From Candidatus Saccharimonadota bacterium (GTDB taxonomy: Bacteria > Pseudomonadota > Alphaproteobacteria > Rickettsiales > Anaplasmataceae), in contig NZ_CP046579.1 of the NCBI RefSeq assembly GCF_013365475.1, positions 420,001 through 452,000 on the forward strand: a DNA stretch of 32,000 nt, written 5' to 3'. Position numbers and translations under genes: made by a program. Every line of letters starts with the position of its first letter. Position 1 is the stretch's first letter. Below the pieces are notes generated by a model. It searched no databases. It was not told the origin of the DNA and saw only the letters and a list, made by a program, of their open reading frames with translations. Of the stretch, positions 1 through 11,980 are shown in pieces.

Positions 1-571
1 CAATGATTTTTTCAATTGCGACAATAGCTGATTCTCCCCCTTCAATAGAGAAACGCTTATATCCAGGAAACTTAGTATGGAGAAACTGCTCAAACATCTC
101 AGATTCAATCAAGTGTTTCAGTATTTCCTTTTTATCCTGTGAGCTCAGCACATAAACCTGATTTTCAATCTTCTCCTGTAACCACATTCTCTCATTGTAA
201 GAGGAAATATGCATAAATTCAAAGCCCATATTCTTACAGTAAATATTTTTATATAATTCAGTATCATGTATTGGGAAGAAATTTGAATATTTTTGATAAT
301 CTATTTCCTTATTCACGTTTGGTGATAGCGGATTGAGATCAGAAAAAAAATGACCGTAAGACCTAAAAAAATTTAATAAGCTAAAAATTGAGTCATTTGT
401 CTTAGTTGTGTTCTGAGCACTCCAGACTTTATTAACTTCTAAATTGATTGAGAAAATTCTGTGCCAATCTTCTCCGATTGATTTATCCCCTTGCAAGTAA
501 CGTCTATACATTTCCTCCAAGAATTCTACATTATCACCATAAAGGTAGGAGTTATTTTCAAAATTTGGCAT
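1..571 (-). CDS. sucA: 2-oxoglutarate dehydrogenase E1 component, N-terminal ~190 codons (gene continues past the window start)
   Basis: Absent from the ORF track because it is open at the window edge. My translation of the minus strand from ATG 571..569 is stop-free to position 1: MPNFENNSYLYGDNVEFLEEMYRRYLQGDKSIGEDW...FFRSYGHFFSDLNPL...MGFEFMHISSYNERMWLQEKIE...FLHTKFPGYKRFSIEGGESAIVAIEKII. This matches the conserved SucA N-terminus and the KRFSxEGGES motif. Confidence 0.85.
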   Translation of the reverse strand, partial: MPNFENNSYLYGDNVEFLEEMYRRYLQGDKSIGEDWHRIFSINLEVNKVWSAQNTTKTNDSIFSLLNFFRSYGHFFSDLNPLSPNVNKEIDYQKYSNFFPIHDTELYKNIYCKNMGFEFMHISSYNERMWLQEKIENQVYVLSSQDKKEILKHLIESEMFEQFLHTKFPGYKRFSIEGGESAIVAIEKII

Positions 572-2052
572 AGCTATACAAAAGATATCAAGTACTTATA
601 AGTATAACTTAAGTTTCCTGAAAAAGAACTTTTTTGACATCTTGAATTAAGTCAGTGCATTATTGATTTCTTGAGAGTTATCTTCAATATTTAGTTAGAC
701 AGTTTTTTCCAAGAAAAACTCTGACAAACTCAAGAGAAGGTTCTTTTTTCTATGTGAAATATGTCTTTGTTGCTACGGTGATTGGAAGATATGTGAAAAC
801 TATATAAGTTACTTGTTGCTATAAAATGTCAAGAAGGGTACATACACAGGTAATGACATGGTACAAAATAGCAATAAGCTATATCTCCTATTGCTCAACT
901 GTTTGAATAGTTTCTGGACAACACCTATGATAGTATACTTTAACTTTGCTGTTCTTCAAAAAGGAAAGATTCTATTAAATTACCATTATCATTCATAAAT
1001 CTTCATTCTAGCAGCTAGCACTAAATTTTAAAGAAAGACAGTTACAGATTAATACTATATCTCTGCAGGACATAATTAACGTTAACCTTGATTGGTATCG
1101 AAGTGATAGCTTTATTACCCTCTTAAGTGAAGTAACCTAGAAATAGATTTTTGATCTCCTACCATCTTTACTGTAGAGCAAATAATCATAATGTGAGTAG
1201 AGAATCATGCTATGTTATAGCTCATTCTATATATAGGATAAACGATTGTTGTTAGATATGTATCTTATTTCTGCTCTTAAATCTGAAAAATCCTTTTTAG
1301 AAATATTAAATTTCCCTTTGTGGGTATGTAAGTAAAACTTTGAATCTCGATATAATCTGATTTATCTGAATTTTCATTAGCTAGTTTTGTGACTTCTTAA
1401 ATACCTCTTTATTGTGAAGAACTAAGAATAACCTTATTCTTATGTTTCTGAGACTATTTGCAATAAATGTAATGTTAACAATATGCAAATAAACTTGCAG
1501 ATCTCTTCAGAGAGTTACTTGTGATGATTTCATGTAAACACCAGAATGATATTTATAGAGTTTCCAAGACAGTATCTTATTAGTTTAGTAATGTTCAATC
1601 TTGTAATTACAACATGACGTGATATTGAATTTTAAAATATAAAGTAAGGCAAAAGAAAACCTGTAATAACTGGTGTATGCTTTTTAAGCATGTAAACTGG
1701 CATTTTACTCTCTCTCAAAGCACTTCAGGTGTGCCCCCTATTCATATAGGAAAATCTTAGATTTTAACAAGAATATAGTGTTAATGTCATGTGCTTTTAT
1801 TATTCATGCAACCTTAGCATGTAAAAAATAAATACTTTTATTTTCGTGATAGGAGAACCAGTGAAACTTACTAATGTTTTAATCTTGTTTTTGTAATAGG
1901 AAATTAGCAGTTTTCCAAGTTGCACATCTAACCAATACTAGAGAGTATAACTTTACTTGCAGCTAAAGAGATAAAAAGTAAGAAGCTATTATAACTAATA
2001 TCCATACACTATATCTAGTGCTTAAAGATTAGCAAATGTTTTCTTTAATTAA

Positions 2053-2796
2053 CTATGGGAAAAACTTACTTGCATAAGAATTTTTCATAACATTTAATGT
2101 ATCATAATCTGTAAAATCCAATTTTATTGGTGTTATAGTAATAAACCCATCCCTGGTTTTGCCTACACTACCACTACCTGAATGCTTTCTAGACCATCCT
2201 AAACTTAAAGAGCCATCTAAATTTTCAGTAAAAGTTAAATCTCTATCAAGATTATATTCACCTTGTTCAGTAAATTCTACACCTTTCACTTTTTTTGTAG
2301 CAGGAAAATTTACACTCATTGCTATATTTTTAGGCCAACCAACCTCAACTAATTTGGCAGTAATTTTTGGCGCAAAGACCTTTGTGTTGTGCCAGTTTAT
2401 TTCATTATGATATACTTGACTTAATGCGATAGAAGGTATAAATCTTGCAGCACTTTCCATTACTGCACCGATTGTTCCTGAATAACAAACGTCATCTCCA
2501 ACATTTGATCCAATATTTACTCCTGATAATACTAAATTTGGCTTTTTATTCATGATCTTATTTAGTGCGATGATAATACAATCTGCAGGCGTACCAGATA
2601 CACTGAACTCCCTTTTACCATGTTGATTTATTTTAATAGATTGCCTGATTCGATAATCAAGTGACCTTGCTGCTCCACTCCTATCAGTATCTGGAGCTAC
2701 TACCCATATTTCTGACGCAAAGTTTTGTGCAATTTCTTTGAGTAATTTTATTCCTTCGCTTTCAAAGCCATCATCATTTGTTATTAATATAATCAT
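2053..2796 (-). CDS. surE: 5'/3'-nucleotidase SurE
   Basis: Track ORF 2053..2817 begins at a TTG. The ATG at 2796 gives MIILITNDDGFESEGIKLL, the canonical SurE N-terminus (ILxTNDDG). Also present: DTDRSG, SGTPADC, SGVNIGSNVGDDVCYSGTIGA. Confidence 0.9.
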   Translation of the reverse strand: MIILITNDDGFESEGIKLLKEIAQNFASEIWVVAPDTDRSGAARSLDYRIRQSIKINQHGKREFSVSGTPADCIIIALNKIMNKKPNLVLSGVNIGSNVGDDVCYSGTIGAVMESAARFIPSIALSQVYHNEINWHNTKVFAPKITAKLVEVGWPKNIAMSVNFPATKKVKGVEFTEQGEYNLDRDLTFTENLDGSLSLGWSRKHSGSGSVGKTRDGFITITPIKLDFTDYDTLNVMKNSYASKFFP

Positions 2797-2827
2797 ATAA
2801 AATTTTATATAACCCAAAAGCTATGAT

Positions 2828-2845
2828 AAGTGATTCTAATCACTT
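2828..2845. repeat. 18-nt inverted repeat (AAGTGAT-tcta-ATCACTT) in the divergent surE/ligA intergenic region
   Basis: Read directly: 7-bp perfect arms at 2828..2834 and 2839..2845 with a 4-nt spacer. It lies about 30 nt upstream of the surE ATG and about 115 nt upstream of the ligA ATG. Function (operator or chance) is unknown. Confidence 0.25.
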
Positions 2846-2901
2846 GTTGCAAATAAATCTAACTATCTGGCCTGCTTTTAACTGTCTGTAGTTTCTCTTG
2901 A

Positions 2902-4998
<2,097 letters not shown>

Positions 4999-5547
4999 GT
5001 GTTTAAGTAGCAATTGTCTGTGTTTCCTATGTAAATTAGATGTACTTGTAATTCTTGGCATCTAATAAGTCTTTAAAATAAACTAAAGTGATTCTATATG
5101 GATTACAGAAGTTATTGTAGTGTTTGTGCAATCGCTTAATAAAGAATCGGGTAGATTTTGCCTTTGCTAAGGTACATGTTTTGTAATTTATGGAATGAAG
5201 AGAAGTCAAATCTTAAAGCTCTACAAACTTACACTAAGGAGTACTATCACAATGTTGATCCATTTCTTCGTTATATCAAGTGGTATACACTCTTTATGTC
5301 AATACCTAAAAACGTGAGAGGTTTCACTATCTAACTTGATAGGAGAACAAGGTTACAAGAGCCGTTTACAACTATAGCAACTTTTTGGTGTTCTATACTT
5401 TGACCTTTGTATGGTTGCTTTAATATTCTATAATTAGATTTTACAATAAGGCTAACCCTTTATGCTTATGAGCATCAAGCTCCAGAGGTTTTTAAATCTG
5501 AAATTTAAAGTCTAGAAAAGTACTATGTCAATAAATGCCGATAAACA

Positions 5548-5578
5548 GCACACTAGGAAGTGTGCAAATTTTATTTTA
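5548..5578 (+). terminator. Orphan intrinsic-terminator-like hairpin (GCACACT-agga-AGTGTGC followed by AAATTTTATTTTA)
   Basis: Perfect 7-bp stem at 5548..5554 and 5559..5565, 4-nt loop, T-rich tail to 5578. It lies about 550 nt downstream of ligA inside an ORF-free spacer, so what it terminates is unclear. Confidence 0.3.
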
Positions 5579-5786
5579 GATTTTAATTAAGTAAAGAAGA
5601 GCAAGAAAAATTGTAGTGTCTCATAAAAAGGGAACTACAACTTCAATTGTTGGTTTTCTTTATGGAAAGATAAACACAATATATGTTGTTAGGTAATTTT
5701 CAGAAAAAGAGAAAATTTTTCTTAAGTAGCTTAGTAAATTTTAGTAATGTATAGAAAGGCAAGAAAGTATCAAAGGTATATTAAGT

Positions 5787-6191
5787 ATGAAGTCTTTATG
5801 TAACCTTTTTATCCAAGACTTGCGTCTTTGGGTCCATTTAGGATGTAGTCTGGAAGAAAAGCTTCACTCTCAGTTAGTGAGCATTAATGTCGATTTTGCT
5901 TTTAAATCCCCTCCTTTAGGGCTTATTACTGATCGTCTTGAAGACACTATCTGCTATTTAGAAGTAGTGCAAAGTATCAAATCTCTTGCTCAAAGTAAGC
6001 AATTTAATTTGATTGAACATTTTACTTATGATATATATGTAGCTATTAGTAACCTTGTAACACAGAAAATGCACATTATTTCTTCTATAAGAGTGGTTAC
6101 TCATAAGGTTGCACCACCTGTACCAGATTTACATGGAGGAGTTACCTTTACTTATTGCAATTTGCTTCAAAGAGCAGAGAAGTTAATGTAA
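5787..6191 (+). CDS. folB: Dihydroneopterin aldolase (FolB family)
   Basis: 134 aa of FolB-typical size. Pattern FIQDLRLWVHLGCSLEEK...VSINVDF...DTICYLEV...LIEHFTYDI fits the family. It sits 3 nt upstream of folK-folP. The assignment is partly by context. Confidence 0.7.
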   Translation: MKSLCNLFIQDLRLWVHLGCSLEEKLHSQLVSINVDFAFKSPPLGLITDRLEDTICYLEVVQSIKSLAQSKQFNLIEHFTYDIYVAISNLVTQKMHIISSIRVVTHKVAPPVPDLHGGVTFTYCNLLQRAEKLM

Positions 6192-6194
6192 CTG

Positions 6195-7493
6195 ATGGTT
6201 TATATTTCTATTGGCTCGAATTTAGGAGATCGTCTTTCTAATTTACAAAAGGCTGTTCAGTTATTAAAAGAATATTATTTAGAAGATCTAAAATCTTCAA
6301 TTATTCTAGAAACTCAGGCTATTTTACCAAATGGTGCTCCATCTGAGTGGGAGAAGCCATTCCTCAATATGGTTGTGTATGGAAATTGTAATATTTCTCC
6401 TGAGAAGTTATTAAAATGCCTTAAACAGATCGAATGCAATATTGGTCGTCCACAAGTTCATGAAAAGTGGGCACCACGCATTATTGATTTGGATATTTTA
6501 TTATGGGATAATCTAGTGCTAGATGCACCATATCTTACAATTCCTCATCCAGAATTGATGAATAGACCATTTTTGCTTCATTTGATGGCAATGTTTAGTC
6601 CTATGGCTAATGTTCCGGGAATTGATAAGACGTTTGATGCTATTGCTTATAGTAAGCCTAACATTAGGAATTGCTTTTTAAAGAGCTTTATACTTTCACC
6701 AAAGTTTGTAGGAATTGTTAACATTACTCCTGATTCATTTTCAGATGGTGGACTTTATTATAATTCAGATCAAGCAACTAAGCATGCACTAAGGTTAATA
6801 TCAGACGGTGCAAGCATAGTTGATCTTGGTGCTCAATCAACAAGGCCTGGATCTCTTATACAACCTTCCAAGGCAGAATATGAGCTCTTAAAACCAGTGC
6901 TTGATAATCTCAGTCATTATATGAAAGATGGTGATATTAAAATCGGCATTGATAGTTTTTACCCTGATGTTATTTTGAACGTTCTGGATCACTATAATAT
7001 TTCTTATGTAAATGATGTAAAAGGAAATCTAGATGATAATACCTTAAAAGTAATTGCAAGTAGCGGATGTAGCATCATTATTATGCATTCACTCTCTGTG
7101 CCACCACACATGGATAATATTATTCCAAGAAACACTGACCCAGTCCATACCATAAATTGGTGGACAGAAAAAAGTATTAACAAGTTACTTGCTCTTGGTT
7201 TCAATCAAAACTCAATAATTATTGATCCTGGTATTGGTTTTGGAAAATCTCTTTATCAGAATATCTGGATTTTACGTAATATAGAAAAGTTGCAGAATTT
7301 TGGTTGCAAGGTTCTAGTGGGTCATTCTAGAAAGTCATTTATTTCCTCTTTTTCTAAGGAGCTTGTCTTTAATCGAGATTTAGATACGATCTCTGTATCG
7401 TCTGTGTTATATAACAAAGTTGATTTCCTTAGGGTACATAATGTACGTGATCATGTAAAGTTCTTTGTAGCTCAGGCTGTTCTACAAAAATGA
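6195..7493 (+). CDS. folKP: Bifunctional 6-hydroxymethyl-dihydropterin pyrophosphokinase / dihydropteroate synthase (HPPK-DHPS fusion)
   Basis: N-terminal half is HPPK-like (VYISIGSNLGDR...WAPRIIDLDILLW...LTIPHPELMNRPFLLHLM). C-terminal half is DHPS-like (VGIVNITPDSFSDGG...IVDLGAQSTRPGS...VGHSRKSFI...LRVHNVRDH). It is a single uninterrupted 432-aa frame. Confidence 0.9.
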   Translation: MVYISIGSNLGDRLSNLQKAVQLLKEYYLEDLKSSIILETQAILPNGAPSEWEKPFLNMVVYGNCNISPEKLLKCLKQIECNIGRPQVHEKWAPRIIDLDILLWDNLVLDAPYLTIPHPELMNRPFLLHLMAMFSPMANVPGIDKTFDAIAYSKPNIRNCFLKSFILSPKFVGIVNITPDSFSDGGLYYNSDQATKHALRLISDGASIVDLGAQSTRPGSLIQPSKAEYELLKPVLDNLSHYMKDGDIKIGIDSFYPDVILNVLDHYNISYVNDVKGNLDDNTLKVIASSGCSIIIMHSLSVPPHMDNIIPRNTDPVHTINWWTEKSINKLLALGFNQNSIIIDPGIGFGKSLYQNIWILRNIEKLQNFGCKVLVGHSRKSFISSFSKELVFNRDLDTISVSSVLYNKVDFLRVHNVRDHVKFFVAQAVLQK

Positions 7494-7969
7494 TAATTAT
7501 TGGAATTATGGCTATTGATCCGAATGGAGTGATTGGAGTGAGTAATGGATTGCCTTGGCACTATCCAAGTGAGTTATCACATTTTCACCAAACAACCTAT
7601 AAGAAAACAATTGTTATGGGAAGAAAAACATTTGGAACAATGCCACAAAGTGTATTAAAAAATCGTACTCCTATTATTTTTTCTCGGAATAAGTTAAATC
7701 CTTACTTTAGTGGAGGTATAAAATATACATTTGTTTCTTCTATGCAAGAATTTTTTTCAATTAAAAATAATTCTGAAATTTACATGATTGGCGGAGCACA
7801 GATAGCACATCTTTTTTTAAGGCATGGCCTAATCTCAACTTTTATCATAACAGAAATTCACAATCCCTGTAAAGGTGATGTATATTTTAACTTGATGCTT
7901 CTTAATGGATGGAGCAAAACCATTCTTACAAAAACTCAAGATTATACTATATGTAGGTTAACACGCTAA
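7490..7969 (+). CDS. folA: Dihydrofolate reductase
   Basis: 159 aa with NGLPWHYPSELSHF, IVMGRKTFGTMP and YMIGGAQIAHLFL, matching the DHFR pattern (LPW / MGRxT / IGG). The start overlaps the folKP stop in ATGA (7490..7493). Confidence 0.85.
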   Translation: MIIIGIMAIDPNGVIGVSNGLPWHYPSELSHFHQTTYKKTIVMGRKTFGTMPQSVLKNRTPIIFSRNKLNPYFSGGIKYTFVSSMQEFFSIKNNSEIYMIGGAQIAHLFLRHGLISTFIITEIHNPCKGDVYFNLMLLNGWSKTILTKTQDYTICRLTR

Positions 7970-7996
7970 ATATGCACGTTTGAAGCAATTTATAAC

Positions 7997-8016
7997 CACC
8001 ACATTCGAATGTGGTG
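7997..8016. repeat. Perfect 20-bp palindrome CACCACATTCGAATGTGGTG just downstream of folA
   Basis: Read directly; begins 28 nt after the folA stop. It could fold as an 8-bp stem with a tetraloop. No clear T-run follows, so a terminator role is uncertain. Confidence 0.3.
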
Positions 8017-8060
8017 AGGTATTAAAGGGAATCTTGATAGATATACTTCAAAGGTATTAG

Positions 8061-8080
8061 GGAAAGGTGTTATCCTTTCC
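8061..8080. terminator. Hairpin GGAAAGG-tgttat-CCTTTCC in the convergent folA / uvrB-relic gap
   Basis: Perfect 7-bp stem and 6-nt loop. The plus-strand tail is ATTT only. It is positioned between convergent transcription units, so it is a possible bidirectional terminator. Confidence 0.25.
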
Positions 8081-8269
8081 ATTTGACAAAGACAAGTAAT
8101 TTACAAAACTGATTGCTATAAAGAGAAGCTAATCAAAGAAGAAGCTGAAGTAATTGCTGATATAGCTTAGCAGCTATGGCATTTACTTGACAATCAAAGA
8201 TAATATCTTAATTCCATCTTGCTGGTATTGATGAGTCAAAAGCTAAGTGTATACTGGCTTTTTCTCTTG

Positions 8270-9899
8270 TATTATGTATTGATCTCTTGATAATATTTCT
8301 TTATTTTTTGCTACTTCTTCAAACTTCAGGTTATCAGTATGCTTTAACATCGGCTTCTTCAAGTTTTCTAGATCAGAATTACTAATATTGATGCTTTCTC
8401 AACCACTGCTTTCTCTTGTAGGCTATTAGATACAGTTTTTATTATAGTTTTGTGTAATATTGTGTAGTATATTGTATTCCTGTTGTCTTTCCTTCTTCTT
8501 TCAATTTCCTTTAATGAATAGCTCAAAGAATTAGTTATTATCTGCATATAAAATTACTCTACCTTCAGCATTGCGTGCGGCACACCCTATTGTTTGAATG
8601 AAGGTCCCTGATCGAAAAATCATTCTTTATCAGCATCAAAAATTGCAACTAGACCACACTATGGAATATCAAGAACTTCACGTAGTAAGTTAATTCCAAC
8701 TAGTACATCTATTTCTTTTGATCTTAATTTGCATGTAACGTTAATTCTTTCTGAAGCGCGAATATCTGAATGTAAATAACTTACCCTCATATTTAACTCA
8801 CTCATATGTTCAGTGAGCCTTTCAGCCATTTTTTATCAATGTTGTTGATTGGAACATAAAATCCATTTTTATTGTTAGTTATGCTTCGTAGATTATATCG
8901 CCAACCTGATTTTCTGTTGACTTTATGCTACAAATTGTCTCGCAAGTCCTGTTGGCGAATAAACTTCTATGAAATACATTATTAGTCTTTCTCAGCTCAT
9001 ATTTTCCAGGAATGGCTGAAGTGAAACAGTCTGTGGACGTGCTGCTTCCCATTCTTCGAGAGTTAATGGACGATTATTAAAGGAAAAGGAAGCAGTAAGC
9101 CTAAAGCCATAATCAGCTAATTTTTACGTGGTCTTATCGCTACTATACATTGCGCTGATTTGAGGAAAGTAACATAGTTTTCATTGACAAATAGAATTGC
9201 ATCTTCAGGTAAATATTCAAATAGAGTAGGTGGAAAACATCCAGCTTCTACTCCGTGAAAATAACATGAATAGTTTTCAATTCCTTTACATGTTCCGGTT
9301 GTTACCATCATTTCAGTATCGAAATTAGTACGCTGCTCAAGACGCTTTGTTTCAATAAGTTTATTTTGTGAATAGTAATAATCTAAGCATTCATGCAGTT
9401 CCTTTTTTATCAACTGGATAGAACGTAATAAAGTCTTGTGTGATGTAGTGTGATCACTGTTTGGGAAAATGTTGATAGTATCCATATGTACTCTAAAATA
9501 TCCTCGTTCAAATCTAACATCGGAACGTTTGTATTGGAGGTTGGTTAAATTACTTAGGAAATCATTGACATAAATTTTATCCCAACTACTTGATAGTTTT
9601 TAGGTGAACCAAGACCGTATATATAAGAAACACTAGCAACTATAATTGTATCCCTGCTCTCTAAAAGATAGATGTCAATTCTTTCGTTGATTATAGATTC
9701 TTTTTCAATATAGGTGTCAGTTTGCGGCAAGTAAGCTTCAGGCTGATAACAATCATAATAAGAAATAAAGTATCCAAAGAATTGTGTGCTATACCTAATG
9801 AGGTCTGTTTGTCTAATACTATTGTCCTGCAACTAAACTATCAATTGCCTGTGACTGATCACTGTCTGGTTTAAAGTGCGTAACAATTTGAAACTTCAT
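8270..9899 (-). pseudogene. uvrB: Excinuclease ABC subunit B (uvrB) pseudogene, multiply disrupted
   Basis: Minus-strand translation yields collinear UvrB fragments separated by stops and frameshifts. In order: [26 protein letters not shown] (from ATG 9899); [33 protein letters not shown]...[13 protein letters not shown] (9554..9832); KLIETKRLEQRTNFDTEMM..GIENYS..PPTLFEYLPEDAILFVNENYVT (9117..9485); LADYGFRL...NNRPLTLEEWEAARPQTVSLQP (~9001..9120); [26 protein letters not shown] (~8540..8709); NLKFEEVAK UVR-domain remnant (~8290..8330). The Walker A segment appears to be deleted. The 3-prime boundary is approximate. Confidence 0.9.
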
Positions 9900-9983
9900 A
9901 ATTCCTATATTTTCATAACATTTCATTATTAATATATACTGCTAACATGATAAGGTATGAATATGAAAGTGAGTATTTAAAAA

Positions 9984-10748
9984 CTATTTTTTATTTTTAT
10001 AAAGTTTACTCCAAACCTTATTACTGGTTAGTATAAAAAATACTGTTAAGATTATGAAATATGCTACTACTTTAAATCCAAGCTTGTGTCTGTGCTCTAG
10101 TTCTGGCTCTGCTGCCCACTGCAAAAAATTTACTACATCATATGCCATGTTTTCAACTGTAGCTTGCCTTGCACTATCATACTCTACTATTCCATCAGAA
10201 AGTGGTGGTGCCATAGCTAACTTACCTACTGGAAAGTATGGATTAAAATATAGACCACTCTCATCTTGTTCAGAATTCTGATATCCAGTTAGGAGTGAAT
10301 AGATATAGTTTGCACCACCGTGCCTTGCTTTTATAATCAACGATAAATCTGGTGGAACTACACCATTATTGCTTGCTGCAGCTTCTTGCTTTGTTTCAAA
10401 AGGTGCAACAAAATAATCTGAAGGTACGCAAGGTCTATCGAACATTTTACCTAGATTATTTGAACCATCTTTAACTTTATAAGAAGCTGCAATCCGTTTT
10501 ACATCCTCTTCAGAAAAACCTATATCTTGCAAATTACGAAATGCTATCCTATTCATTGAATGACAAGCAGAACAAACTTCTTTATATACTTTATAGCCAC
10601 GCTGGATTGACTCTCTATTAAAGGATCCAGTAATTCCACTAAAACTCCAGTTCATTTTTTTGTTAGGCAATGGTTTAAATTCTTCTGCATATACAAAATG
10701 AACAAAAAAAAGTATATAAAGTGCAGAAAGTACATTTTTTACTAGCAC
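9984..10748 (-). CDS. petC: Ubiquinol-cytochrome c reductase, cytochrome c1 subunit
   Basis: Signal-like N-terminus, heme-binding CSACHS, PPDLS motif and a C-terminal membrane anchor (VVAYFIILTVFFILT). The GTG start at 10748 shares 1 nt with the petB TAG stop (TAGTG). Confidence 0.9.
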   Translation of the reverse strand: MLVKNVLSALYILFFVHFVYAEEFKPLPNKKMNWSFSGITGSFNRESIQRGYKVYKEVCSACHSMNRIAFRNLQDIGFSEEDVKRIAASYKVKDGSNNLGKMFDRPCVPSDYFVAPFETKQEAAASNNGVVPPDLSLIIKARHGGANYIYSLLTGYQNSEQDESGLYFNPYFPVGKLAMAPPLSDGIVEYDSARQATVENMAYDVVNFLQWAAEPELEHRHKLGFKVVAYFIILTVFFILTSNKVWSKLYKNKK

Positions 10749-11980
10749 TATTTTATCCCCAGTACAGAGTCACTTATAGTTTTTGGCAATTTTTGTGGCT
10801 TTTCGTACCTACTAAGTATTGGTAAGACTACTACAAAGTATGAAAAGTAGTAAAGACTAGAAAGTCTACTGAGAGCAATATAAGGCTCTTTCATTTCTTG
10901 CCCTCCAAGCCAGCCAAGAAATGTAAAATTTACTATAAAGGCCCAGAAAAAAACCTTAAATGATGGGCGATAGGCACCACTTTTAACTTTTGTTTTATCA
11001 AGCCATGGTAATAGAAACCATACTAAAATGGATCCAAACATGGTAAGAACTCCAACAAGTTTATTTGGAATTGAACGTAACATTGCATAAAAAGGTAGAA
11101 AATACCATTCAGGTACTATATGTACTGGAGTAACCATGGAATCAGCTTCTATATAATTATCAGGATGCCCAAGGTAATTTGGAGCATAAAAAACAAACAT
11201 AAATAAAACTATAAAAAATAGACCAAAGGTTATACAATCTTTAACTATGTAATAAGGGTAAAAAGGGATTGTATCTTTATCCGATTTTACTTCTACCCCA
11301 CTTGGGTTACCAGAACCAAACCTATGTAGAGCAGTGATATGTAGAATAGCTAGGGCTATAGTAATAAAAGGCAGAAGGTAATGAAGAGCAAAAAAGCGAT
11401 TAAGTGTTTGATTGTTAACAGAAAAGCCGCCACAAAGCCATGCAACTACTTTATCACCAACTAAGGGTATGGCTGAAAATAGATTAGTTATAACTGTTGC
11501 CCCCCAGAAGCTCATTTGTCCCCATGGAAGAACATAGCCCATGAAGGCTGTTGCCATCATCACAAAGAATATAAATATACCAATAAACCATACTAACTCT
11601 CGTGGTTTTTTATAAGACCCATAATATAACCCACGCATTATATGAATATATACTACTATGAAAAAGAGTGAAGCTCCAACAGCGTGAGTATAACGTATTA
11701 GCCATCCATAGTTTACATCACGCATTATTCGTTCTACACTATTAAATGCATGATCAATATGAGGAGTATAGTGCATAGCAAGAAATATACCTGTTATTAT
11801 TTGCAAAATTAATGCTATACCAGCTAAAGAGCCGAAGTTCCAGGCATAATTTAGATTTTTTGGTACTTGATAAGAAGCAATATGTTTTAGAAAAGAGAAT
11901 ATAGGTAGCCTATATTCTACCCAACCTAGTATGCCTTTTTCTTTTTCTATTGTTGTACTTTCTTTAGAATCATCCTGCAT
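10748..11980 (-). CDS. petB: Ubiquinol-cytochrome c reductase, cytochrome b subunit
   Basis: 410 aa, polytopic, with classic cytochrome b segments ([53 protein letters not shown]). Confidence 0.95.
   Translation of the reverse strand: MQDDSKESTTIEKEKGILGWVEYRLPIFSFLKHIASYQVPKNLNYAWNFGSLAGIALILQIITGIFLAMHYTPHIDHAFNSVERIMRDVNYGWLIRYTHAVGASLFFIVVYIHIMRGLYYGSYKKPRELVWFIGIFIFFVMMATAFMGYVLPWGQMSFWGATVITNLFSAIPLVGDKVVAWLCGGFSVNNQTLNRFFALHYLLPFITIALAILHITALHRFGSGNPSGVEVKSDKDTIPFYPYYIVKDCITFGLFFIVLFMFVFYAPNYLGHPDNYIEADSMVTPVHIVPEWYFLPFYAMLRSIPNKLVGVLTMFGSILVWFLLPWLDKTKVKSGAYRPSFKVFFWAFIVNFTFLGWLGGQEMKEPYIALSRLSSLYYFSYFVVVLPILSRYEKPQKLPKTISDSVLGIK

Noticed and set aside
2797-2817. 5-prime extensions of track ORFs at TTG/GTG codons (surE 2817, ligA 2923, yebC 16649, ispG 24150)
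   Set aside because: In each case a downstream ATG reproduces the canonical family N-terminus (MIILITNDDG, MASLENL.., MAGHSQF.., MLNTGP..IAVQSM). The extensions add unconserved residues, and for ispG would create an unnecessary 17-nt overlap.
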